A stretch of DNA of 64,000 nucleotides from an uncultured Chlamydiae bacterium (GTDB lineage Bacteria > Chlamydiota > Chlamydiia > Chlamydiales > JAJFMB01). The stretch is taken from the NCBI GenBank assembly GCA_963696295.1, contig CAVOJR010000001.1, positions 2,208,001 to 2,272,000 on the forward strand, read 5' to 3'. Below are positions 29,371 through 38,857 of this stretch, one piece after another (the first letter of the stretch is position 1; each line of letters begins with the position of its first letter). The notes beneath the pieces are model-generated. The model searched no databases, was not told the DNA's origin, and saw only the letters and a list, made by a program, of their open reading frames with translations. A program made the translations under genes and the position numbers.

Positions 29371-29667
29371 CTTATTCCATTTTTAAATCGAGGTCGTCAT
29401 CCCGGTCTTATTCCTTTAAGCCGGGGTCGCCGTTCCGGTCTTATTCCTTAAAATCGAGGTCGCCGTTCCGGTCTTATTCCTTTAAGCCGGGGTCGCCGTC
29501 GGTCTTATTCCTTTAAGCCGGGGTCGCCGTTCCGGTCTTATTCCTTTAAACCGGGGTCGCTGTTCCGGTCTTATTCCTTTAAACCGGGGGCGCTGTTCCG
29601 GTCTTATTCCATTAAACCGGGGTCGCCGTTCCGGTCTTATTCCTTTAAATCGAGGTCGTCATCCCGG
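29371..29667. repeat. Tandem array, 8 x ~33 bp plus the ftsK 3' end from which it derives
   Basis: CTTATTCC starts units at 29371, 29407, 29440, 29473, 29504, 29537, 29570, 29603 and 29636 (ftsK stop at 29637-29639). Confidence 0.95.
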
Positions 29668-31972
29668 ATCACTTTTCGCTGTTTTACGCCATCGCCCGGG
29701 GAGACAATCCCTTCCTCTTCCAGCATGTCCATCAGGCTGGCGGCTCGCGCATAACCGATCTTGAGCTTCCTTTGCAAAAAGGTAGTCGAGGCGTTGCCCG
29801 TTTTCATCACGATATCAAGGGCTTGCTGATAGAGGTTGTCTGCGGCTTCATTCGTGGAGGGCAAAAGGTGCTGATCGAGCTCGTCGATGTTGTCGAATGA
29901 GTCGATCACGTAATTCGGCGGCGCCTGCTCGCAAATCTGCTCGATGACGGCGTTGATGTCTTCGTCGCGTATGAAAGCCCCTTGTGCGCGCACCAGATGG
30001 GAGGTGCCGGGCGGCAGAAAGAGCATATCGCCGTTTCCGAGCAGCGATTCAGCGCCGACTTCATCCAGGACGATCTGGCTGTTGACGCGGCTCGCCACTT
30101 TAAAGGAGATGCGGGTGGGGAAGTTTGCTTTGATCAGGCCGGTGATCACCTCGCGGGAGGGGCGCTGCGTGGCTAAAATCAGGTGGATGCCGACTGCTCT
30201 TGCCATCTGCGCAATGCGGGCGATCGGCGTTTCAATATCGTTGCTCGCAACCATCATCAAATCGGCGAGCTCATCGATAATGCCGACGATGTAATGGAGC
30301 CTTTCGGGAATTTCCCTGTCCAGCGCCGCTTCAAATTCTTTGTTGATTTTTCGGCGGTTGAAGGCGTCGATATTGCGCACGCCGGTTTGTTTCAATATGT
30401 CGTAGCGGTTTTCCATCTCTTTGACCAGCCAGTTGAGCGCGGCGCAGGCTCCTTGCGGCTCTGTGATGACGGGCGCCAGCATGTGCGGGAGTTTGCTGTA
30501 GGCGGAAAGCTCCACTTTTTTAGGGTCGACCATCAGCAGTTTGATTTCATCCGGCCGCGCATTCATCAGAATCGACATGACGATCGTGTTGATGCAGACC
30601 GATTTTCCCGAGCCGGTCGCTCCGGCGATAATGCAGTGGGGCATTTTCGTCAAATCGGTCATCACAAATTCGCCGTTGACCGCTTTGCCAAGAAGGATAG
30701 GGATATGGAATTTCCGCGTCTGCTGTTATAGGCGGTTAAGAGGTCTCTGAAGCCTACCTCCTGCGGAGTGGAATTGGGCACTTCAATGCCGACAGCCGCT
30801 TTTCCCGGTATCGGGGCGATGATGCGGATCGATTTGGCTTCCATATTCAAGGCGATGTCGTTTTCGAGCGCTTTGATTTTTTGCACTTTTACGCCGATGG
30901 CCGGATGCACTTCAAAGGATGTGATGGTGGGGCCGCAATTGATTTGACCCACTTTGGCTTCGATGCCGAAGCTGCACAGCGTCTCTTCCAGAACTTCGGC
31001 CTGCCGCTTTAAATTTTTCTTCAGCTGCGATGTGTCTACTTTTTGCGGGGGTGTGATGAGCGATGGGGGCGGCAGCCTGAATTTGGCAAAATCGCCGCTA
31101 TAGATGCGCGGAGGGGGCTGCGGGGGCTCTTTTTTAACAGCGATTTTCTTTTCAGGACCTGGCAGAAACTTTTTTTCCACCTCATCGCTTTTTGGGCGCT
31201 CCGCTTCTTGCGGGGGGCGGGTGAGCGGATCGCTGATCATTTTTTTCGAAATGGATGGGCGCGTTTTCAGTTCCGCTTCGGGCTGGATCTCGATAAATTC
31301 CTGATTGGTATTTTTGGCGGGCATATAGAGTTTCACGAGGCGTAAAAGGCTTTGATCGCCCTCTTCCTCATCGCTTCCCTGAAATAGCCCGCGCATATAG
31401 TGGAAAACAGCTGCGGGTTTGATCTTGGCGAAAAATAAGATGCTGGCGATGAACGTGCTGAGAAAAATAATAGCCACGCCGGTCGCGTTCAGCAGGCGGT
31501 GGAGATTGTAAGAGGGGAGATCGCGATAGAGATAAAAGAAGGGCGCGCCTCCGAGATGATAATTCATTTTCTGATGCCACTGGCGGGTGTAAAAAGTGTG
31601 GCTGATGGCTGATTTGACCGCAGGGTATTGATCTTCGGCGAGCGAGAGCAGCAGGCAGGTCGAGGTGAGCAGGAGGCTGAAGTAAAACAACTTTAAGTTC
31701 TTGTGATTGATGCTTTTACGAAAAAGCAATCTCCCTCCCAGCCAGAAAAGGAAAGGGCAGATCAGATAGCTGCCGAGTCCAAAGCAGGCATGAAATACCC
31801 ATCCGATGGAGTAACCAACTAAACCTAAGATGTTTAGTTTGGCATAGCCATAGGCGAAACTGATCAGGCTCAAGAAAAGGATAAAGGCTGCGGCGATGGC
31901 GAGAAGCCCTTTGATCTCGGTGAGATCGTAGGTCGGCTCCTCTTGTTGTTTTGGGTTCGGTTTTCTGCTCAA
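29637..31972 (-). CDS. ftsK: DNA translocase FtsK (single-base frameshift near 30726, probable sequencing error)
   Basis: N-terminal TM segments; IRIIAPIPGK..VGIEVPN; shifted frame QQTRKFHIPILLGK joins GATGSGKS, DELADLM, ATQRPS and gamma domain LQRKLKIGYARA. Confidence 0.95.
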
Positions 31973-31982
31973 AAAAACGCTC

Positions 31983-32747
31983 CTAGTAAAAATAGATCAG
32001 GCTGAAGATCCCTAAAACCATACAATACCAGACAAACCCCATAATTTCATTATGGATTATCATTTTAGCGAGGGTTCGCAGGGCAATATACCCTACCATA
32101 AAGGAAAAGAAAAATCCAAGGCAATACTCTCGTGAAGAAATTTGCATCTGCGGAGTTTTCATGAGCTCTAAAAACTCGAGAAATGCCCCTCCGAGAATAG
32201 CCGGGATGGCGAGCAGCAAAGAAAAGGTGAGGGCGTCATTTTGATTCCAACCCATCAGTCTGGCTGCGGAGATGGTTGAGCCGCTGCGCGATATGCCGGG
32301 CAAGATGGCGGCAGCCTGCGAGAGGCCGATGAGAAGGGCGTCCCGATACCTTTTGCGCTTCCGGTGAAAGCGGGGGACGGCGCGGCTGAAGCGGTTGCTA
32401 AAATAGAGCATGGCCGCGGTGATTAAAAAACAGAAGCCGAGCGTTTGCGGGTTATGGAAGAGCTCTTTGATGGGCTTTAAGAGCATGGCTAGAGGGAATA
32501 GCGGCAGTGTCGCGATCGCGATCTGCTTCCACCTGATCCTGAGAAGGCGTTTTAACTGCTTATAAAAAACGGTCAAAATAGCCAAAAGCGTTCCAAGATG
32601 GCATACGAGGTCGAAGGCGACGGTTTCTTTGAGGTGGTTTAAACCGAGCAGATGCTGGCACAAGGTTAAGTGGCCTGAAGAGCTGACGGGGAAAAATTCA
32701 GTAATTCCTTGGATGATACCGAGAATGATTGCTTCAATCCAAGTCAT
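31983..32747 (-). CDS. uppP: Undecaprenyl-diphosphate phosphatase
   Basis: QGITEFFPVSSSGH, PGISRSG. Confidence 0.93.
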   Translation of the reverse strand: MTWIEAIILGIIQGITEFFPVSSSGHLTLCQHLLGLNHLKETVAFDLVCHLGTLLAILTVFYKQLKRLLRIRWKQIAIATLPLFPLAMLLKPIKELFHNPQTLGFCFLITAAMLYFSNRFSRAVPRFHRKRKRYRDALLIGLSQAAAILPGISRSGSTISAARLMGWNQNDALTFSLLLAIPAILGGAFLEFLELMKTPQMQISSREYCLGFFFSFMVGYIALRTLAKMIIHNEIMGFVWYCMVLGIFSLIYFY

Positions 32748-32764
32748 GATATTTGATAAAGATG

Positions 32765-32839
32765 GGCGAACGACGGGATTCGAACCCGCGACATTTGGAA
32801 CCACAATCCAACGCTCTAACCAACTGAGCTACATCCGCC
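32765..32839 (-). tRNA. tRNA-His (GTG)
   Basis: GGCGGATGTAGCTCAGTTGGTTAGAGCGTTGGATTGTGGTTCCAAATGTCGCGGGTTCGAATCCCGTCGTTCGCC; G-1/C73 pair; CCA not fully encoded. Confidence 0.95.
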
Positions 32840-32924
32840 ATGTCGTAAGATAATATATTGGACTAAATTGGGAATTTTCGTCAATATTGAAATTGTTGCC
32901 ATTTACCAGAATGATGAGGTGGAT

Positions 32925-33527
32925 ATGAGACTTTTATATATTGAGGCGTCTCCGAGAAAGGAGCGCTCCTATTCCATTAAAGCGGCCAAGGCTTTTTTTG
33001 AAGCTTACAAAGAGGCCCATCCTAAAGACACTGTAGACAAATTGGATTTATGGAAGGAGGAGCTCCCCCCTTTTGACGGAGATATGATCAACGCCAAGTA
33101 TGCGGTCATGCATGGAAAGGACCCGACGCCCGGAGAGAAAAAGGCGTGGGATGAGATAATAAAGATTGCGGACCGGTTTAAAACCGCGGATAAAATCGTA
33201 TTGGCAATCCCGATGTGGAATTTCGGCATTCCCTATCGCCTGAAGCACTATATCGATATTATCACTCAGCCCGGCATCACGTTCCAGGGGAATAAGGGAT
33301 TAGTGCCAGACAAGCCCACCCTGGTGATCTATTCGAGCGGCGGCTCCTACCGTCCGGGAAGCGGGGGTGAAAAGTTTGATCTTCAGAAGCCCTACATCCG
33401 GACATGGCTCAATTATGTCGGCATCACCAGCATCAATGAGGTCGTGGTCGATGGAACGATGAGCCCCGATAAAACGAATGTTGAGAAGGGGATGGCCGAG
33501 GCAAAGGCTTTGGGAAGCAAGTTTTAG
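32925..33527 (+). CDS. azoR: FMN-dependent NADH-azoreductase (AzoR/AcpD family)
   Basis: ASPR...S.S, PMWNFGIP..LK.YID, SSGG.Y; GAGGTGG SD. Confidence 0.88.
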   Translation: MRLLYIEASPRKERSYSIKAAKAFFEAYKEAHPKDTVDKLDLWKEELPPFDGDMINAKYAVMHGKDPTPGEKKAWDEIIKIADRFKTADKIVLAIPMWNFGIPYRLKHYIDIITQPGITFQGNKGLVPDKPTLVIYSSGGSYRPGSGGEKFDLQKPYIRTWLNYVGITSINEVVVDGTMSPDKTNVEKGMAEAKALGSKF

Positions 33528-33543
33528 TTGCTTCCCTCAACTG

Positions 33544-33975
33544 TTAACCTTTTTTGACTTTGATCTTCTTAGGCTCGCTTTCTTTCGCCTTCTTGAAGGT
33601 CACTGTCATAATGCCGTCTTTGTAGCTGGCTTCAGGCTCTTTCTTTTCGTCCACATTGCCGGGGACGGTCAAGTGGTAGGAAAAGGAGCTGCTCGCTTTG
33701 CGGTAAAAGGAGCGCTTTTTGTCCTTTTCTTCCTCTTTGCGCTCCCCCTTGATCCAAAGCGCCCCTTTATCATAGGTGATTACGATGTCTTCAGCCTTAA
33801 TTCCCGGAAGGGAGGCTTCCACATAGACATTTGAGGCGTCTTCGGAAACGGACAGCCCCGACGGCTCTTTGCTGCCGAAAGTGGGAAACCAATCCTCTTC
33901 AAACCAGGGAGAAATGAATGCCAGGGGACCTTTAAACGGTTGCGGTTTCTTGATGATTTGTTTTTCTTCAGCCAT
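33544..33975 (-). CDS. Hsp20/alpha-crystallin small heat-shock protein
   Basis: LPGIKAEDI, IKGER, ASYKDGIMTVTF.K. Confidence 0.9.
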   Translation of the reverse strand: MAEEKQIIKKPQPFKGPLAFISPWFEEDWFPTFGSKEPSGLSVSEDASNVYVEASLPGIKAEDIVITYDKGALWIKGERKEEEKDKKRSFYRKASSSFSYHLTVPGNVDEKKEPEASYKDGIMTVTFKKAKESEPKKIKVKKG

Positions 33976-33987
33976 AAATAATGCTCC

Positions 33988-34398
33988 TTAAGTAAAAATT
34001 GGGTTGTGATTGGCAAAAAAAGTGCAGACAATCAGGAAGATCCCGATGATAGCCAGGATAAATCCCAAGATTTTTATCGCCTGGACATGATCAAAATACT
34101 CATGAGCTATATGTTTGATCCATTCCGGAAGATAGAGATGGATAATGCCCCGGAACAAAACGATGTTAGCTAAAATAGTGACCACCACCTTCCAGCTCCA
34201 ATCCCACACATTATGGGCGAGGACAAAAAGCAGGCCGAGTACCAGGCTCATCGTTCCTGAAAGGGCGATCAAAGCGGGGTTTTTGAAAAAATCATGGATC
34301 ACGACGCGCATGGAATTTGCCCGCACGATCAGCAGTATCCCGGTAATCAAAAGATAGAGCCCGAAAAACCGGCCAAGATATATCGATATATTCATCAA
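33988..34398 (-). CDS. Hypothetical four-TM membrane protein
   Basis: Four hydrophobic segments, HNVWDWSW; GGAGG upstream. Confidence 0.7.
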   Translation of the reverse strand: MMNISIYLGRFFGLYLLITGILLIVRANSMRVVIHDFFKNPALIALSGTMSLVLGLLFVLAHNVWDWSWKVVVTILANIVLFRGIIHLYLPEWIKHIAHEYFDHVQAIKILGFILAIIGIFLIVCTFFANHNPIFT

Positions 34399-34439
34399 GG
34401 TGAACCTCCTTTTTTTATTTTACAATACAGATTGGAGAT

Positions 34440-35924
34440 TTATACGAAAATAAAATTATTGTTTTGCTTTTGACGGTTGGAAAGCCAGATTCCAAAAAAG
34501 AAAATGGCCGTCAGATAGAGAATCACTAAATCAGGGGATAAACTTTTTGTGCGGATAAAAACGTCTGTTGAAAGAGGCATGTAGTAAGTGAGATTTATCA
34601 GATATTCCGTGAAATGGTTATTCACCTGGTGAATCAGGGCCGAGAGCCAAGGGATTGGCGCGGTTAGAAAGCCCAAAATCAAAAATAACATAGAAAAGCT
34701 CACCAAAAAAGGGAAAAATAGGTTGTATACCATGCTGAAGAGGGGAAATTTCTGAAAATAGAGCAGCACGAGAGGAATCCCGATCAAATGCACGGTTAGA
34801 GTAAGGGCCAGCCCCTGCCGAAAAAAACAGAAAACCAAATACCCATGCTGATCCAGTATGGAGAGCCTGGAGGGGGTGTGGGAATTGAAGAAACTTTTGC
34901 AAAAAGTATTGATGGGAGAATAGAGGAGCAAAATGCCGGCTGTGATGGCAAAGCTCAATTGGAAGGCGAGGTTTGCGATCATCCAGGGGTCGATCAGCAA
35001 GGCTGCCATCAGGGCAAAGCCAAAAGCGTTCAGGCTATTCGTCGGCCTTTCCAAAAGCTGGCTGCTCAGACCGATCAAAATCATGAGCCACGCGCGTAAG
35101 ACCGAGGGGCTGAAGCCGAGCAGAAAGAAGTAGAGGCTCAAAAAAATCATAACTAGGGAGGAAGTGGCGCGGACGGAGAAAACAGCGCGGAATAAAAGGC
35201 TGAGAATGAAGGCGATGATCGCAAAATGAAAGCCCGATATTGCCATGATGTGCTGCAGGCCGAAGCGGCTGAATTCAAAGGAAAAGTAAGGGTCGTTAAA
35301 CTGCCCCGTAGCGATGCCGGCCAGAAATTGCGCGCTTTGCTCGTTCTCTATTTTTTCGAGGAGATAATTTTTTAAAAGGAGCTTGGCATGGTATCTCCAT
35401 TCGGCAAAATTTCTCGTACGGGCCAGGGCAGTCCAAGGAACCCCTTTTTTGGGGGTCAGGGAGTAGCGGCCGCGGGAAGTTTCTTTGAGCGTGCCCGTCA
35501 CAAGATAGATCTGGTCGGCCGAGGGGCGGTTATCGCTTTGCAGTTTTATGGTGCAGGCTGAGCGGGGAAAAGTATAGTCGGTATCTTTAGTGTGAAAGGA
35601 GAGGAGAGTGCCTTTGTAAATCCAGGAGCTTTTAAATTTGCTTTGATTCCAGGCGACCTGCTCGACCCGCACCCTGGCTTCGCCGAAAACGCCGTTTGGC
35701 TGCAAGGGGGGCGCCTGATAACAAAGGGATGCAAAATAGTAGACGATGGCAAAAAGGAGAGCGTTGAAAAGGAAGCGTTTGGCTTGAAAAATGATGGAGC
35801 CTCCAAGCAGGAGCAGCGGAATGAGGAGGACGGGAGTGAAATGGTAAGCCGCCGAACAGGCGAGTAAAACAGTGAGGCCATAGAGGAGAGCCGGACAACC
35901 CCTCCAAAATGGTTCAAGATTCAA
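34440..35924 (-). CDS. comEC: ComEC/Rec2 competence protein
   Basis: GLQHIMAISGFH, SPSVLRA, FQLSF. Confidence 0.88.
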   Translation of the reverse strand: MNLEPFWRGCPALLYGLTVLLACSAAYHFTPVLLIPLLLLGGSIIFQAKRFLFNALLFAIVYYFASLCYQAPPLQPNGVFGEARVRVEQVAWNQSKFKSSWIYKGTLLSFHTKDTDYTFPRSACTIKLQSDNRPSADQIYLVTGTLKETSRGRYSLTPKKGVPWTALARTRNFAEWRYHAKLLLKNYLLEKIENEQSAQFLAGIATGQFNDPYFSFEFSRFGLQHIMAISGFHFAIIAFILSLLFRAVFSVRATSSLVMIFLSLYFFLLGFSPSVLRAWLMILIGLSSQLLERPTNSLNAFGFALMAALLIDPWMIANLAFQLSFAITAGILLLYSPINTFCKSFFNSHTPSRLSILDQHGYLVFCFFRQGLALTLTVHLIGIPLVLLYFQKFPLFSMVYNLFFPFLVSFSMLFLILGFLTAPIPWLSALIHQVNNHFTEYLINLTYYMPLSTDVFIRTKSLSPDLVILYLTAIFFFGIWLSNRQKQNNNFIFV

Positions 35925-36496
35925 GTTTGCACTTCGTAGACGAGGACGTCGCTTTCAAAAAACCAGTCGGATGAGGGGAGGGGTAATTTATTTTCCGGTT
36001 TTGTGATTTTGCTTGTATTCGCGAGAATTTGCACCTGCTTTAGTTCGAGGGCCGGCGGGAGTTTTCTGCTCTCCGTGTGGTTCGCAAAGGAGTTGTTCTT
36101 TTTAATGCGCAAAGCATCGATCAAAGCGTTGAGACCGGTAAAAAGTTCCTCTACGTCGTCGCGATTTTGATGATTTTTTACATTAGTGATCACAATCAGA
36201 TATTGGTAGGACACCTGTTTTTCATCGAGCTTGATCAGCTTTTTTTGCCGGTCGATGGATTGAAGCGAACCCATCGGGAGAAAAGTACCGTTGCGAAATC
36301 CTGACAGGAAGTTGGCTTTTAAGGATTGCAAATGCTCAGTATCCATCATAGATTCCGGGCTTATCACGAACACTTGCGGCTTTGTCTGGGGGTTGCGCTT
36401 GTCGATGATCCCGACCTTGGTGTTAATGAATTGGGGCTGCATGGGCAATCCCTGATTGCAGTTTAAGCCGACGCGGTGCGTTTTTGGGAATAGCAT
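35921..36496 (-). CDS. Hypothetical protein
   Basis: ORF whose stop overlaps the comEC start; weak resemblance to a FAD-oxidoreductase fragment (IDRQKKLIKL...SYQYLIV); start uncertain. Confidence 0.55.
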   Translation of the reverse strand: MLFPKTHRVGLNCNQGLPMQPQFINTKVGIIDKRNPQTKPQVFVISPESMMDTEHLQSLKANFLSGFRNGTFLPMGSLQSIDRQKKLIKLDEKQVSYQYLIVITNVKNHQNRDDVEELFTGLNALIDALRIKKNNSFANHTESRKLPPALELKQVQILANTSKITKPENKLPLPSSDWFFESDVLVYEVQT

Positions 36497-36635
36497 TACT
36501 TTTTCCTTGCGTTCAAAACCCCTGATGGTACATAATTTACCGACTTAAATTCAAGGAAAATCTGAGAGTTTTTGTCTAATTGCATAAATTTATTGGAATA
36601 TGTTAGCCTGTGGATATTCCATGGGAGTGTGAGAC

Positions 36636-37445
36636 TTGGATAGGCATATTAGAGAATTCTATAGCGTTTTTTCTGACGAAACCCCGAGCGGCAACTTTCA
36701 TAAAGTTATCGCTTTAAATAACGAACCCCAGCTTACCTGGGAAGAGATAGTCGAAAAAGTTCCCATCATATGTAAAGGGTGGTATGAGCTTGCGCACTTA
36801 TCCCCTGCCGACCGGCTGGAGTTTCTGTGCGACTATTGGCTGATCCGTCTCCCCTATCACCCTGAATTAAAAGACTTCCTCCTCTCTTTCTTCAACGAGC
36901 TGGATGATATCGGGGTATTTATCTTCCAGAAGAAATTTGATGACCCTTACCGGGCAGAACTTGTGTATAGCTGCAAAGGGGGCAACGGCTTCTTTCGGGG
37001 ATCGGTCGGGGCTTCTGAAGAGCAGGTGGCCCGCATGCAAAAAGAATTATCCAGCTACTTTCTCCCCAAAGATTATCTCAGCTTTCTGCAGATCCACAAC
37101 GGGTTTTCCAAGACGACCGACTGCACCGGCATCATCCCTTGCGGCGAGATTAAAGAGACCTACCTCAATTTTCAGGAAATGATAGCCTCTCTCCAGCAGG
37201 TTGAAACGACCAGAGGGGAACTGGTGGAGCCGAAAGCCTTGATCCCTTTTTACGAATCGTTTGGAATGCCTTTTTTTCAGTGCTTCTACGGAGAGTGGTA
37301 TCCCGGCGAGGAGATGGGCAATGTCTATTATTCGGGTCTGACTAATACTATTTCTGATATCAAAGGCAATTTGACAGGCACAGAAAATATGGCCTTCTCA
37401 ACCTTTACCGACTGGCTGATGTTCTATCTGGAAAAAGTGCAATAA
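36636..37445 (+). CDS. SMI1/KNR4 family protein (chlamydial CT338-like)
   Basis: GASEEQVARMQKEL..FLPKDYLSFLQIHNG; C-terminal FSTFTDWL; synteny between comEC and ptsH. Confidence 0.75.
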   Translation: MDRHIREFYSVFSDETPSGNFHKVIALNNEPQLTWEEIVEKVPIICKGWYELAHLSPADRLEFLCDYWLIRLPYHPELKDFLLSFFNELDDIGVFIFQKKFDDPYRAELVYSCKGGNGFFRGSVGASEEQVARMQKELSSYFLPKDYLSFLQIHNGFSKTTDCTGIIPCGEIKETYLNFQEMIASLQQVETTRGELVEPKALIPFYESFGMPFFQCFYGEWYPGEEMGNVYYSGLTNTISDIKGNLTGTENMAFSTFTDWLMFYLEKVQ

Positions 37446-37620
37446 GGGATCGTATGACATTAACTTTGGCAATTATAGAGCAGGAAAACGGTTCAGATCG
37501 AGATGATTTTTCCGAGGAGAGTATCAGTGGAATACCTCTGAGGAAAAATACTCTCGAGGCGCGATTTTTCTCTCTAGAATCGTCAAAGTTATTTTCATAC
37601 GACCCCTATCTGGAGCCCTT

Positions 37621-38616
37621 GTGGTAAACCAAAAAAAATATTTCGTCCATGATCTCTACCGAAGGCATAAGGAGAGGCTGGATTTGGAGCTGGTGACGGG
37701 AGAGGCCGGGATGCGCCGCCGCATTAAAGTCCCCGAAGCCCATCGCCCCGGTCTGAGTTTGTCCGGTTATCTCAAGGATTACGCCAATCAGCGCATCCTG
37801 ATTTTCGGCAAAGTGGAAATCGAGTACTTGCGCGATCTCGACCAGCAAACCAGAGTGGAACGTTTAAAAAAAATATTAGATGATCCGACCCCGGCCGTTA
37901 TCGTGGCGCGCCGCTACCGCCCCCCGAAAGAGCTGCTGAAATTATGCGAAGAACAGGGGATTCCCCTCTTTCGCACCAGCATGCAAACCATGGCCCTTAT
38001 CACAAAGCTCACTTTGCTTCTCAATGAAGAATTCGCCCCGAGCATCAGCTGCCACGGCACCCTGGTGGAGGTCTTTGGAGTTGGAGTTTTGATTCAAGGC
38101 GATTCGGCTGTCGGCAAGAGCGAAGCTGCGCTGGGATTGATTGAAAGGGGGCACCGCCTCATTTCCGACGACATCGTCAAAGTGAAGCGGCGTGAAGGGG
38201 GGTATCTGGAGGGGTTTGGCGCCGAATTGACCCGCCACCATATGGAGATTCGCGGCATCGGCATCGTCAACGTCGCCCACCTCTACGGCGCGGTCTGCGT
38301 GCGGGATCACAAGAGCATCGATATCGTCGTCAAGCTGGAAGTGTGGGACGATAAAAAATTTTATGACAGAGTCGGTATTGAAGAGCAGTACTGCGATATT
38401 TTGAGCGTCAAAGTTCCCCACCATATTCTTCCTGTAAAACCGGGACGGGATGTGGTGTTGCTGTTAGAGACCATCGCCTTAAATCACCGTTTGCGCCGCA
38501 TGGGTTACAACTCGGCAAAGGAATTCAACCGCAAATTATTGGATATGATTGCAAAAAAACAGAAAGCGAGAGGAATTGGCAGAAGTGAAAAAAATTTCTT
38601 GCAAAGTGCGCGTTAA
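37621..38616 (+). CDS. hprK: HPr kinase/phosphorylase
   Basis: HRPGLSLSG, HGTLVEVFGVGVLIQGDSAVGKSE, LISDD, EIRGIG, PGR. Confidence 0.95.
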   Translation: MVNQKKYFVHDLYRRHKERLDLELVTGEAGMRRRIKVPEAHRPGLSLSGYLKDYANQRILIFGKVEIEYLRDLDQQTRVERLKKILDDPTPAVIVARRYRPPKELLKLCEEQGIPLFRTSMQTMALITKLTLLLNEEFAPSISCHGTLVEVFGVGVLIQGDSAVGKSEAALGLIERGHRLISDDIVKVKRREGGYLEGFGAELTRHHMEIRGIGIVNVAHLYGAVCVRDHKSIDIVVKLEVWDDKKFYDRVGIEEQYCDILSVKVPHHILPVKPGRDVVLLLETIALNHRLRRMGYNSAKEFNRKLLDMIAKKQKARGIGRSEKNFLQSAR

Positions 38617-38857
38617 GAATGCGCTTGGGCTGCACACCCGCCCGGCCACTGAGATTGTCAAGTTGCTGCAAAGCCGCCGCTCCCAGGTGTTTTTTACCTA
38701 CAAACAGGAAAGGATCAACGCCAAAAGCATCATGGGCATTTTGATGTTGTCTGCCCACCGCAACGCCACCATCGCGATTGATGTGGAAGGGGAAGATGCC
38801 GAGGAAACGATGGAGCTCCTGGTCAACGCTTTTGATAAGGAATTTGAGGGGTTATGA
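38585..38857 (+). CDS. ptsH: Phosphocarrier protein HPr
   Basis: GLHTRPA (His15) and NAKSIMG (Ser46); start uncertain. Confidence 0.92.
   Translation: MKKISCKVRVKNALGLHTRPATEIVKLLQSRRSQVFFTYKQERINAKSIMGILMLSAHRNATIAIDVEGEDAEETMELLVNAFDKEFEGL

Noticed and set aside
29371..29667. CRISPR array (~33-bp palindromic units)
   Set aside because: Units are contiguous with no unique spacers, derive from the ftsK end, and no cas genes are in the window.
32765..34398. tRNA-His-anchored genomic island
   Set aside because: No duplicated tRNA 3' end and no integrase; uppP follows the tRNA directly.
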